This document shows, piece after piece, positions 19,921 through 29,625 of a DNA stretch of 64,000 nt; the first letter of the stretch is position 1; every line of letters starts with the position of its first letter. Position numbers and translations under genes: made by a program. The notes beneath the pieces are model-generated. The model made no database searches, was not told where the DNA came from, and worked only from the letters and a program-made list of their open reading frames with translations. The DNA comes from Candidatus Latescibacterota bacterium. Lineage in GTDB: Bacteria; Latescibacterota; UBA2968; GCA-2709665. The stretch spans positions 96,001-160,000 of the forward strand of contig CAXXJS010000061.1 in NCBI GenBank assembly GCA_963662665.2, in the 5' to 3' direction.

Positions 19921-22023
19921 TCAAACCGCGACGAGCGGCCGTTCTATTCCGAACAGCCCCAAAAGTTCATCGCTATTCAATTGGGCGGACAGATCCATCG
20001 ACACATCGTCGATGAGTTGGTTAAACAGTTCCCGTTTGTTCTCCAGAATATTGTCAATACGCTCCTCAATAGTTCCGATGCAGGAATACTTGATGACGTT
20101 GACTTTGACCGTCTGGCCGATGCGGTGGCTTCGGTCTTCGGCTTGACTTTCTACGGCGGGATTCCACCAACGGTCCAGGTGAATCACGTAGGACGCCTCC
20201 TGAAGGTTCAATCCCAGGCCGCCCGCCCGCAACGACAGGACCAACACTTTGTGTTCGCTGCTGGTTTTGAATCGTTCGATGACTTCGGTTCGCTCATACG
20301 GAGGCAAGTCTCCGGTGATGGTAAGCGGAATGAAATCCCGCATGTGGTTGACCACGGCGCCAACGCCGGATGTGTCGCTGACGTACTGCGAAAAGATCAG
20401 CGTCTTGTGTCCCTGGGCTACAAGTTGGTCCACGCGGTCCTTGATGTCGGCCAATTTGCTGGATTCACCGGTCTTTGGGTCGGCGTTGCAGATTTGTTTC
20501 AATCGAGTGATGAGCTCAAGCACGTGCCGCACGTTGACTTCCGCGCCAAGAGACTTCAGGTAGACGATGCCTTCCTGTTCGGCCTTATCGTAGCTCTCGC
20601 GTTGGCGGGAGCCCAACTCGATGTCGACCTTGGTGGTCTGCTTGACAGGAAGATCCTTTAAGACCTCCGCTTTTTTGCGTCGAACCTGCAACTCACGGTG
20701 TCGCCTTTGCAATTCCACACCTGGACGGTACCGTTTTGTCACTCCAGTGCAGTCATAATCAACAAACTCCAGTATCGAGGCCAGCTCCTCTTCGCGATTC
20801 TCCATTGGGGTGCCGGTCAGAGCCCACGAACGATTTCTTTTCAACCCCTTCAGGGCATCGCTCGTTTCGTTGCGGTTCTTGATCCTTTGAGCCTCGTCCG
20901 CTACGACCACGTCCCAGTTCTTGCGACCAACAAGAGATTGGGTGCTGAAGTCGGTCCTCAGGGTATCGTAACTCACGAGTGTTATCTCTTTCTCGGCATC
21001 CCACTGCCAACTGCGGTCCGATACAGAACCACGGATGATGATGGCGGAAAGCTCAGGCGCCCATTTTTCGATTTCGCGTCGCCACTGATTCAGCACGCTT
21101 GCGGGAGCCGTGATCAAACACGATTTGATTTCTCGACGTGCCCGGAGAATCCGTAAGGCTGTAATCGCCTGTACGGTCTTACCCAGTCCCATGTCGTCGG
21201 CCAACAGTAGCCGGCGGTTTTCCAGCAATGCCTGGACACCCTGCCGCTGGAAGGGCATCAAGTCGCCCGCCCAATGTAGCGGGATCGTTTGGGAAGGATC
21301 GGGTGGATTGGCCAGAACGTTCCACAGACGTTCGGCCAGAGTTAAGTCGGGTCGTGGGCCTGAACTTGCCTTATGGATATTCTCACGAATTGCGGAGTAA
21401 TCGCTGGCTGGATATCCGGGGCGTTCGGACAATGAAGATAAGCTCACTACAACTGCCAGACCTGAAAGGTCGGTGACGGCGTGAATCCGATCGTCGTCAA
21501 ACGCTACGTCCAATCCTGCAGTCGCCCGTTCGAAAGGTTCAGCGGGATTGCCGCGGTCCAGTATTTCTACGAGAATTTGGCTCGCTTCGTTATCCGGATT
21601 GGGTTTTTCCGTAACCCAAAACAGATCAAAACCTTCGTTATGCGGGTCGTCCGATTCGCCATTGGGCCGAACACCCGACGTTGCGATACGGCAAAAGGGT
21701 ACCTGTACCTTTATTTCTTCGTTGATCGATCCATGAGGTACTTCATCGGCCCGAGCGAGTATCAACGTTGGCACAGAAGTGACAGCTCTGAGTAGTGATC
21801 CTGCCAGCGATTGCAAGATTTCCGGCTTGACGATTGCAAGTTTTCCGCCAGACCCCGAGTAAACCGTCCGTGTGAAGCAGAAGTCCATTGGTTCACCCTG
21901 CGCGGATGTCTGGAACAGCGCCGCACGTATGCCGTTACCGCCCTTTTCTTCGACGAACCGCAGCCAGGCCACCGTGCCGGATCCCGTATTCACCGATTTC
22001 CGTTCATTGAAAAGTTCCGGCAA
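19921..22023 (-). CDS. SNF2-family (SF2) helicase/ATPase with ~240-aa unknown N-terminal region
   Basis: LLADDMGLGKT, DEAQRIKN, LTGTPMEN, LKQICN, LIFSQY, GGLGLNL and WWNPAVESQAEDRSHRIGQ motifs. Confidence 0.92.
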   Translation of the reverse strand: MPELFNERKSVNTGSGTVAWLRFVEEKGGNGIRAALFQTSAQGEPMDFCFTRTVYSGSGGKLAIVKPEILQSLAGSLLRAVTSVPTLILARADEVPHGSINEEIKVQVPFCRIATSGVRPNGESDDPHNEGFDLFWVTEKPNPDNEASQILVEILDRGNPAEPFERATAGLDVAFDDDRIHAVTDLSGLAVVVSLSSLSERPGYPASDYSAIRENIHKASSGPRPDLTLAERLWNVLANPPDPSQTIPLHWAGDLMPFQRQGVQALLENRRLLLADDMGLGKTVQAITALRILRARREIKSCLITAPASVLNQWRREIEKWAPELSAIIIRGSVSDRSWQWDAEKEITLVSYDTLRTDFSTQSLVGRKNWDVVVADEAQRIKNRNETSDALKGLKRNRSWALTGTPMENREEELASILEFVDYDCTGVTKRYRPGVELQRRHRELQVRRKKAEVLKDLPVKQTTKVDIELGSRQRESYDKAEQEGIVYLKSLGAEVNVRHVLELITRLKQICNADPKTGESSKLADIKDRVDQLVAQGHKTLIFSQYVSDTSGVGAVVNHMRDFIPLTITGDLPPYERTEVIERFKTSSEHKVLVLSLRAGGLGLNLQEASYVIHLDRWWNPAVESQAEDRSHRIGQTVKVNVIKYSCIGTIEERIDNILENKRELFNQLIDDVSMDLSAQLNSDELLGLFGIERPLVAV

Positions 22024-22058
22024 TTCAGTTTCCCCCAGGAAGGAGAAATGGTCGCCTT

Positions 22059-23327
22059 CTAATCAGTGTCGTCCCGGGACTCTCGTTCGAGGTCGGCGTT
22101 CTCTGCATAGGGGTGTCGGAACTCCTCGCCCTCGGTGTTGGGTTCGTAGTCGGGATAGTGCCGCATCAAATCCCATTCGTTAATGGCGGCGCGGACCTTG
22201 TAGCGCATCCGATTCTGATATCCGGCGCCGCCGGCCCTAATTGGCACCGGCGGAGCATCCCAGCCGTAGGCCTCGGTGTAGAGTCTCCGTAAATTCTCCA
22301 TGGTCAGTTGGACGCCCGCGTCTGTTGGTTGATTCAACGGCGAACAACCTCGTTCCAGCAATCTCATGCCGGTAATAGCGTCCGCCTTCAAATCCCTGTA
22401 ACGATCTGTGCTATCCAACTTTGGCTCCACGTAGTCGCGGTCTTTTTTTCCATCCGTGATGATTACGGGTGCAAAGTCGTCGGTGACGGAACCCACGGTT
22501 CTCAGACCGGGATACGACCCGTTGGCGGCCTGTCCCAACCAGCGAGCCAGCTCGGCGTAGGACCTTCCCCGTTGCAGGAGAGTGTACGAACCGACGAGTT
22601 CGATCTCGTCCAGCAGCACCACCCAGCCCCTGTAACCAGCAGCCCTGATCAGCTGGACGGCGAAACGGAGACGCTGGGGCGGCAGGTCTGCAGCCCGGGG
22701 CGCTCGGAAGGTGTAACTCTGCTTTTGCCCTATCTGCCTGAGGCCGTTCTTGACCCGGGAAATGTAGATTCTGTCGCCCGCCCAGAAGTTCTCGATCTCA
22801 CTGTTCAGCTCGAGGTCGCGCGACCGTTCGTGAACGAGCAGACTGGCCGGGAACATCTGGCTCAATCCGTTAGAGTCGGTGTCGTTTGACCACTTAAAGA
22901 AGCTGGCGTATTCTTTCGAATCGGGCTTTAACGCCTGTCCCAATTCCTCCATCAACCGGCCGGTACGGTCGGGCATCTGGGTGTTATCCACAGCCGACTT
23001 GAATACCTTGCCCAGGTCGTATAGCGGCGTCTCCTTGCTGATAATCACCTTGCTACAGACGAAACCCAGGGAAAGGGCCCGATCTTCCAGGTGAGTCAGC
23101 AGGTGAGACTTGCCGGAGCCGAAATCACCGGAGACCAGCATCCCGAAAGTGCCGGACGAAAGGTCGACGCCTTCCGTAGCCCTGGTCAACATGCCTTCGA
23201 ACTTATCTTCAGCCTCAGGCTGGTTGCAGCCCAATATCTTCACCGCGTCCCTGTTGGGTACGCCGTTTCGGAGAGCCTCCAGGGCCCGCCTGGAGGCGAA
23301 TTTGTGTTTATCGGCCAAAACCGCCAC
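22059..23327 (-). CDS. P-loop ATPase, DUF2791/BrxD-like
   Basis: RRALEALRNGVP start, Walker A GDFGSGKSH, SKETPL, and AGYRGWVVLLDEIE Walker B. Confidence 0.85.
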   Translation of the reverse strand: MAVLADKHKFASRRALEALRNGVPNRDAVKILGCNQPEAEDKFEGMLTRATEGVDLSSGTFGMLVSGDFGSGKSHLLTHLEDRALSLGFVCSKVIISKETPLYDLGKVFKSAVDNTQMPDRTGRLMEELGQALKPDSKEYASFFKWSNDTDSNGLSQMFPASLLVHERSRDLELNSEIENFWAGDRIYISRVKNGLRQIGQKQSYTFRAPRAADLPPQRLRFAVQLIRAAGYRGWVVLLDEIELVGSYTLLQRGRSYAELARWLGQAANGSYPGLRTVGSVTDDFAPVIITDGKKDRDYVEPKLDSTDRYRDLKADAITGMRLLERGCSPLNQPTDAGVQLTMENLRRLYTEAYGWDAPPVPIRAGGAGYQNRMRYKVRAAINEWDLMRHYPDYEPNTEGEEFRHPYAENADLERESRDDTD

Positions 23328-23341
23328 TGCCTTCCACCTTC

Positions 23342-24310
23342 CTATGTCAGCCGCACCAGGGATGCGACCGGATTTACCCGGTTCCTATCGCGAACATCGT
23401 CCATCACCCGCGTGCGCAGGGCCTCATAGATACCGTATCCCCGGGACCTGCGATCGCCACTGTCGTCGAGAAAATCGCTGTTGGTTACGACTACCAGTAC
23501 CGTGCTCGTCAACCGGTCAACGCCGTCGACAAATTCCCGTAGTAACTCGTAGTGTTCCATCGCCATGGCTCTGGTGTAGTAGCGCAGACCGTCCCTCGGA
23601 TTTCTGGCCACCGTTACGCGAGCGTTGTCAAACAATACTACCGTTCCCGAGTGCCCCACATGATGAATCCAGTAGAGGGCCGATTCGATGAAGTATCTGG
23701 CCGTGTTGCGATTGATACTGGTGTAGATGGAAAAGGGCCGGACGCCACTGATTCGCGTGTTCTCTCCCGTCAGCCAATCCAATAGGGGCTCACCTGTGTA
23801 CACGCCACGGCTGTTCTCTTCCATGCAAAGATGGCTCATACACACCCGGAAATCTCTCGCCATCTTTGTGTTCCTGAAGACAGTGTTCTGAATCTTCGGC
23901 CTCAGGTTTCCGAGCACGAACTCCGATTCGAGACCGTTGGCTGTTGCGATGGAGTCGAAGACATTGCCGTCCACGCCGGGAGGAATTCCGTCAATCCGGT
24001 AGCCCTGCTCGGTGGCGAGCCTCAGGATCATACGGCGAGCCAGCAGCCGCCAATCGACCTGGCTGGCGAACCTGAAAAAGAAATCCTGCGGCATGTGCGC
24101 CCGCATCGTCTCAGCGTTCAATTTAATGAAAATATAGTCCAATTCATCGCAGTTGGCCTCCGTTTCTGCGTACAAACCAGTCCTGGAACCCTCGTTTGAT
24201 GGCACTGCAAACTTTATCGACGCGCCGCCACAGCGGACATACGACGACAGGTATTCTTCGTTAATGACCTGAAGCCAGTCCTTGAGAGAGATTGAGATTG
24301 TGTTGTACAT
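23342..24310 (-). CDS. DUF2791/BrxD-like protein with degenerate Walker motifs
   Basis: EEYLSSYVRCGGASIKFAV, WLTGE, VGHSGTVVLFDN, YELLREFVD and YEALRTRV match the family pattern, but there is no GxxxxGK[ST]. Confidence 0.7.
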   Translation of the reverse strand: MYNTISISLKDWLQVINEEYLSSYVRCGGASIKFAVPSNEGSRTGLYAETEANCDELDYIFIKLNAETMRAHMPQDFFFRFASQVDWRLLARRMILRLATEQGYRIDGIPPGVDGNVFDSIATANGLESEFVLGNLRPKIQNTVFRNTKMARDFRVCMSHLCMEENSRGVYTGEPLLDWLTGENTRISGVRPFSIYTSINRNTARYFIESALYWIHHVGHSGTVVLFDNARVTVARNPRDGLRYYTRAMAMEHYELLREFVDGVDRLTSTVLVVVTNSDFLDDSGDRRSRGYGIYEALRTRVMDDVRDRNRVNPVASLVRLT

Positions 24311-25110
24311 CAGTCGTCCCTTGCAAATCGAATGCCAAAGTACTTGATATCCTGGCCCTGTGGACCCACAAAGGTGAATACGTTTCTTCCGCCCCGGGTG
24401 CCAGTGGATGCGTGGAAAAATACTTTGGCGCCTGACGTAGTTTCTGTAACTCCGCTTGTCTCCAACTGGTAGAGGTCACGGGCAAAGTCAATTTGTGCAT
24501 AATCTCGCCCGCTACCCGGCAGTGAGGTGAATAACCTGTAGATTCTTGCCAAAAGTACCACGCGACCGGAGCCGCCCTTCATGAGTCCATCCGAAGCATC
24601 TTCCTTCACAAGCTCCAGGTAAACTTTGTACAGGGCTTCCAAAAACCGTTTCGCGGAGAAGCGACTGCGCTTCTGCTGGTTTGCAACCAGCAGACCGGCC
24701 AGGTAGGAAGGCTTAATGGTCGAGATTTTCTTGTTGTCAATTCGGATCGCCTCATCCTCGGGAAATATTCGCACGATGGATGGGTGTGAGATTAACTGTT
24801 CGTCCCGCAAATGGATTTCCAGACCCCTTTCCAACGCGACACGACGTAGCTCGTGTGTATAGCCTCCCTTGAGGTATTCAGCTACTTCATCATCTTCATA
24901 GGGCCAGGACCGGATAGCGTCCGTCACTACTTGCGTCAGGTTCTCAAGCGCAACATTGAGTCCGGCTCGTGCCTTCTTGATAGCGCCTATGTTACCCTCT
25001 TTTGCGGCCTTTTGCAGGCGTCTGGTCAAATTCACCAGGTTCGTAGCGGACTGGCGGGCTGATTCAGCTGCATTTTCGGAATTGTCAAATGCTTGTCCGA
25101 TATTGTCCAT
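24310..25110 (-). CDS. Hypothetical protein (helical N-terminus, possible winged-helix C-terminus); first gene of the operon
   Basis: 266 aa from ATG 25110; its TGA overlaps the next ATG at 24310; IYRLFT..DYAQIDFARDLYQL motif. Confidence 0.8.
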   Translation of the reverse strand: MDNIGQAFDNSENAAESARQSATNLVNLTRRLQKAAKEGNIGAIKKARAGLNVALENLTQVVTDAIRSWPYEDDEVAEYLKGGYTHELRRVALERGLEIHLRDEQLISHPSIVRIFPEDEAIRIDNKKISTIKPSYLAGLLVANQQKRSRFSAKRFLEALYKVYLELVKEDASDGLMKGGSGRVVLLARIYRLFTSLPGSGRDYAQIDFARDLYQLETSGVTETTSGAKVFFHASTGTRGGRNVFTFVGPQGQDIKYFGIRFARDD

Positions 25111-25248
25111 GTCTTTTTCCTGCGTTCGAAAGATTCGTCGAATAAGCGACGTGATTAATGGTGGCGCAAACACGGCAGTCACGGGAACGTCTTCCTGTTC
25201 CTCCGTAATGCATGTAGCCGAAATTGCCCCGCGGTGGCTGGCTTATTC

Positions 25249-25277
25249 AGCATAAAGTACTACCTGCGTGTTGTCAA
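25249..25277 (-). promoter_or_regulatory. Near-consensus sigma70 promoter of the four-gene ATPase/helicase operon
   Basis: Minus strand TTGACA (25277-25272)-17 bp-TATGCT (25254-25249). Confidence 0.65.
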
Positions 25278-25359
25278 GCGAATCGTTCGCAATAGTCAGA
25301 AAGCCGCCGCCGTAATGGCCGCGCCTTACTTCTGTGATTCTGTTCGATGGATCGTCGGT

Positions 25360-26634
25360 TCAGTCAATCAGGCCATGTCTGCGAAGCACGGCGTCGACAT
25401 CATCCAGCCCCGTTCCCTTCCTGGTTCCCTCGAACTTTAATCCCGCATTCAACAGCCTGTCGATCACGGCCGGGTAGTCGGCCCCGGGTCTTGGCGAATT
25501 GATCGCGAAATGCAGGGTCGTGCCCATTGCGGTGCCGCCGAATTCGTTCCGCAATTCGAGCAAGGGGCCGTGATCGAGGATCAGGTCCATGGTGTCCGGA
25601 TGTCCCTGGGAAGCGGCCCACATCAGGGCTGTCATCTTCCACGTGGCCTGTCCGTCCACGTCGACGCCCTTTCCCAGCAGGTATTCGGCGATATCCGTCC
25701 GTCCGAACCGGCAGGCATCTTCAAATGCGGCCGCCAGTTCCGCCTCAGATACGCCGCGTTCTTCAACGAATTCCGTCGTCAGGTCCAACCGGCCCAGTCC
25801 CGCGGCCATCGCGACGTTCTTCACCTCCGCCCCCAGGCGCACCAGCGCGGCTGCCGACTCAGGGTACCCGAATTTGAGCGCCAGACGAACCGGCGCGCCG
25901 TCGTTCTTAACGCCATCCACTTTGGAACCCGCCTCGACGAATATCTCGATCAGTTCGGTCGCCACGCCGCGATAATGGGGATGAACGCTGGTCACGAGCG
26001 CCAGCATCGGCGGTTCTCCCGAGTCGCCCGGCCCGCACAGGGCGTCCACCTCAGCGCCGGCATCCAGCAGACGCCGCGCGATCTCCGGCGCATTGGCGGG
26101 TGACCGCTGGCGAAAGTCCTCAATTCCGTTGGCGGCGAGGTAATACAGCAGCGTCGCCCGGTGAATGCGCGCCGAATGGGCGTGGGCCAGAGCCGGATTA
26201 CCGCGCAGCAGCGCTTCGAGCGTTGGGAGGTCCCCGTCGACGACGGCATCGGCCGCGACCTCGAACTCAGCCCCGGCGTCGGTCTCGCGCGTATCTTTTT
26301 CGACGAATCTGGCGAACGCATCCCAACTCGCAAAGCTGTGGGCTCCCGCGATGAGAAACTGAGCCCTGGCCAGCGTGAGCCCGTCGCCATCATCGCCAGC
26401 CTTCTCCGACATTTCAATGGCGGCTTTTTCGACTTCGCCGATCGCCCGTTCCCAACTGCCCCGCACAAAATCCGTCAGGTCGGGTCCGGACACACGGACT
26501 ATCTCGCCGAGCCAATCGTTACAGAACCCCTTTACAGCGCTGGCATTCTCCGACCGGGTTGCCTCGGTGAGTCCCTCCGCCAATTTCGTGTAATCCGGGA
26601 GATTTGGACGGGCGGGTAACGGAAGGGTGTCCAT
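25360..26634 (-). CDS. Ankyrin-repeat protein
   Basis: N-terminal LPARPNL..LARAQFLIAGAHSFASW module, then ankyrin repeats (TALMWAASQGH, LLDAGAEVDA). Confidence 0.85.
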   Translation of the reverse strand: MDTLPLPARPNLPDYTKLAEGLTEATRSENASAVKGFCNDWLGEIVRVSGPDLTDFVRGSWERAIGEVEKAAIEMSEKAGDDGDGLTLARAQFLIAGAHSFASWDAFARFVEKDTRETDAGAEFEVAADAVVDGDLPTLEALLRGNPALAHAHSARIHRATLLYYLAANGIEDFRQRSPANAPEIARRLLDAGAEVDALCGPGDSGEPPMLALVTSVHPHYRGVATELIEIFVEAGSKVDGVKNDGAPVRLALKFGYPESAAALVRLGAEVKNVAMAAGLGRLDLTTEFVEERGVSEAELAAAFEDACRFGRTDIAEYLLGKGVDVDGQATWKMTALMWAASQGHPDTMDLILDHGPLLELRNEFGGTAMGTTLHFAINSPRPGADYPAVIDRLLNAGLKFEGTRKGTGLDDVDAVLRRHGLID

Positions 26635-26974
26635 GGAAAGGTCCTCTAGATAAAGAGCGGTAAGACGGGAGACGGAAGACGTGAATGGATATGAGTGCCC
26701 CGTGCGTTTTCATTTCTTGCCGGAGGCATAAAGGAAGACTCAATCGGGCAAGGACGTCTTCTCCCGTCTCACCTCTACCCTCTCACGGCTTTCAGGTTTT
26801 TCCTCTACAGGTCTTATATCAAGCTATACAATCCAGCCCACCGTTTCAAGTTCTATGGCGCTTACGCTTCAGGGCAGTCGAACCCGCCCGCGTGGTTCCT
26901 GTTTTGGATTCTTGCCCCCTTTGAAATCCATTTTCGCAGTAAGAATCAGGAGCGATTGTGTTATATTGACAGCT

Positions 26975-28402
26975 ATGAGACGAGAAGACTACTATGAATG
27001 GGCCGAACGTGCCGCACGATGGGGCGGGGAATACCTGTCTACGCTCGAGAATCGGCCTGTTCGTTCGCAGACTGCGCCGGGTGAGATTGCCGCACTGCTG
27101 CCCGCGGCGCCGCCCGAGCGACCGGAAGCCATGGAGACGATCTTCGCGGACTTCGAGCGTATCGTGCCGGGCGGGATGACCCATTGGCAACACCCACGCT
27201 TCTTCGCGTACTTCCCCGCCAGCGCCGCGCCGGCTTCGATGATCGCCGAGAATCTGACGGCGGTGATGGCCGCACAGTGCATGCTCTGGCAGACCTCGCC
27301 CGCGGCCACGGAAATGGAGACCCGGATGGTGGACTGGATGCGCCAGGCGCTCGGTCTGCCGGAGGGTTTCCAGGGAGTGATTCAGGACACGGCAACGTCA
27401 GCCAATCTCTGCGCCGTGCTGACGATGCGCGAACGCGCGCTCGGTTGGCGTGGAATTGACTCCGGAATGGCAGGTGAGAAACGGCTCAGGATCTACGCCT
27501 CGCCCGAGACCCACTCGTCGATAGACAAGGCGATAAGGATCGCCGGGATCGGCCAGCAGAATCTCGTCAAGGTCGCTACGGACGGAGAGGGCGCGCTCGA
27601 CCCGGACGCGCTTCGCGAGGCGATCGATGGTGACCGCGCGGCGGGTTTCCTCCCGGCCGGTGTCGTCCTCTGTGTCGGCGGGACGTCGGTCGGCGCGTCC
27701 GACCGGTTGCGTCCGGCCATCGAGGTCGCGCGCGCGTATGATCTATATGTCCACGTGGACGCCGCGTGGGCCGGTTCCGCGATGATCTGTCCCGAGCAAC
27801 GTGGGTTATGGGACGGCGTCGAGGGGGCCGACAGCATCGTCTTCAATCCTCACAAATGGCTCGGCGCGCAGTTCGATTGCTCCATCCAGTTTCTCGCGGA
27901 CCCGGAACCGCAGGTCCGCACGCTGGGAATCCGTCCGGATTATCTCGAAACCCTCGGCCAGACGGAGGTCACCAACTACAGCGAGTGGACGATCCCGTTG
28001 GGGCGCCGTTTCCGCGCCCTCAAGCTCTGGTTCCTGCTGCGCGCACATGGTCTCGAAGACCTCCGCAAGCGCATCCGGAACCAAATCACGTGGGCCGGGG
28101 AGGCCGCCGCCGTGATCGCATCACTGGACGGATTCCGCCTGATAACGGACTGCCGACTGTCGCTCTTCACGTTCCAGTACGCGGCCGATGGCGAGGATGC
28201 CAACGCCGCCACCGAGCGCCTGCTACGTACGGTCAATGACGACGGCCGGATTTATCTGACGCATACGATCCACGAGGAGCAGTTCGTCATCCGCTTCCAG
28301 GTCGGACAGTTCGACTGCCGAAGAGAAGACGTGCTCCTGGCAGTCGATGTGCTCCGGGAGTTGGCCTCAGGCATCAACCCCCGTGCTCGGAACGGACGTT
28401 GA
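26975..28402 (+). CDS. PLP-dependent aromatic-L-amino-acid decarboxylase (group II)
   Basis: THWQHPRFFAYFP, SPAATEME, HVDAAWAG, NPHKW (PLP Lys) and PLGRRFRALKLW motifs. Confidence 0.92.
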   Translation: MRREDYYEWAERAARWGGEYLSTLENRPVRSQTAPGEIAALLPAAPPERPEAMETIFADFERIVPGGMTHWQHPRFFAYFPASAAPASMIAENLTAVMAAQCMLWQTSPAATEMETRMVDWMRQALGLPEGFQGVIQDTATSANLCAVLTMRERALGWRGIDSGMAGEKRLRIYASPETHSSIDKAIRIAGIGQQNLVKVATDGEGALDPDALREAIDGDRAAGFLPAGVVLCVGGTSVGASDRLRPAIEVARAYDLYVHVDAAWAGSAMICPEQRGLWDGVEGADSIVFNPHKWLGAQFDCSIQFLADPEPQVRTLGIRPDYLETLGQTEVTNYSEWTIPLGRRFRALKLWFLLRAHGLEDLRKRIRNQITWAGEAAAVIASLDGFRLITDCRLSLFTFQYAADGEDANAATERLLRTVNDDGRIYLTHTIHEEQFVIRFQVGQFDCRREDVLLAVDVLRELASGINPRARNGR

Positions 28403-28602
28403 TGACGATGGTGCAGATTCGAGGATATTTCGACGAGGCCAGGCGTGAGTTCTAAGAACCGGAAGGGTTGTCCGATCATCTGCTGCTTACCGTGCATAAG
28501 TGCAGGCACAGTTTCCCCGACGAATACAAACGGATAGCATATCCCGTTTAAAGAGCTACTTCAATTTAAGGCCCAGCCGATGCCGAAAAATTAAAGAAGC
28601 AG

Positions 28603-29091
28603 ATGGAGAAACCGGTGAATAGAAACTGCCGTTTTTCCGGCGGATGTAATTGCGGAGCGATTGGATTCGTGCTTCGGAACCCGCCTCTATTTGTTCATGC
28701 GTGTCACTGCTGCGACTGCCAGAAGGCTTCCGGTTCGGCCTTCCGGATTACGACTATCGTCTTGGAAAACGATATCACGTTCGTTCAGGGCAATGTTGCC
28801 TCCAGGAAGAAATCCGAGCAACGAACGGAATTCGTCTGCAAGTCATGCGAGGGTCTCATTTACCTGACGGCCACAAATCACCCGGCAACGGCGCTCCTGA
28901 ACTCGAAAACGCTGGATGAACTCAGGGTGCTGGAGATTGGCGCGCACATCTGGACGTTGGACAAGCACGCCTGGCTCGAGTTGCCAGCTGATGTTCCGCA
29001 GTTTGAAAAGGGATACGACAGGAACAAAGTGTGGCCTCAGCGGAGCCTTGAGCGCGTGCTTCGCGCTGTGAACGACAACGGCCCGACCTGA
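28603..29091 (+). CDS. GFA family (CENP-V/Mss4-like) Zn protein
   Basis: GGCNCG, CHCCDCQK and CKSC motifs. Confidence 0.88.
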   Translation: MEKPVNRNCRFSGGCNCGAIGFVLRNPPLFVHACHCCDCQKASGSAFRITTIVLENDITFVQGNVASRKKSEQRTEFVCKSCEGLIYLTATNHPATALLNSKTLDELRVLEIGAHIWTLDKHAWLELPADVPQFEKGYDRNKVWPQRSLERVLRAVNDNGPT

Positions 29092-29150
29092 CTGACGTAT
29101 TCGATCCACGAGAGCCGGTTCTTCATCCGCAAAGGAGGGGAAAGACAGGC

Positions 29151-29519
29151 ATGGAACGCGCGTACCCCATCCTCCGGATTGACGACTACGACATGGCAAA
29201 GCGCTATTATGTCGAGTTCCTGGGGTTCGAAATCGAATTCGAGTGGCGTCATGCTGCGGATTCTCCAGTCTATATGGGCGTTACACGAGGCGGCCTCGCA
29301 CTTCATCTGTCGGAGCATCTCGGCGAACCGGCAGGCAGGCCTGGCGCCGCCCTGTTTCAGGTTGATAAAGTCCTGGATTTCTTCGAAGAGCTGAAGGGTA
29401 AGAAGAGCGACATGACGGAAGCGCCTGTCGACCAGGCATGGGGCTTTACGGAACTGAGGCTTTTGGATCCATTTGAGAATAAGCTGACCTTCACGAGCCC
29501 GACACCCGGGCAGGCGTGA
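29151..29519 (+). CDS. Glyoxalase/VOC superfamily protein
   Basis: PILRI..AKRYYVEFLGF, LHLSEH and DPFENKL motifs. Confidence 0.88.
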   Translation: MERAYPILRIDDYDMAKRYYVEFLGFEIEFEWRHAADSPVYMGVTRGGLALHLSEHLGEPAGRPGAALFQVDKVLDFFEELKGKKSDMTEAPVDQAWGFTELRLLDPFENKLTFTSPTPGQA

Positions 29520-29625
29520 CTGGTATTCGCAGCTTGCGCTACGCCGAACCATGCCAACTTTCCCCTGGACTTCGGCAACCGGTAAAGCGTGATACGCCAG
29601 GCAGGAAATATATGGAGCCGTTCAG

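Noticed and set aside
19921-25110. Calling the operon BREX or Shango
   Set aside because: No PglX, PglZ, BrxC or TerB-domain gene is present, and the helicase is SNF2-type.
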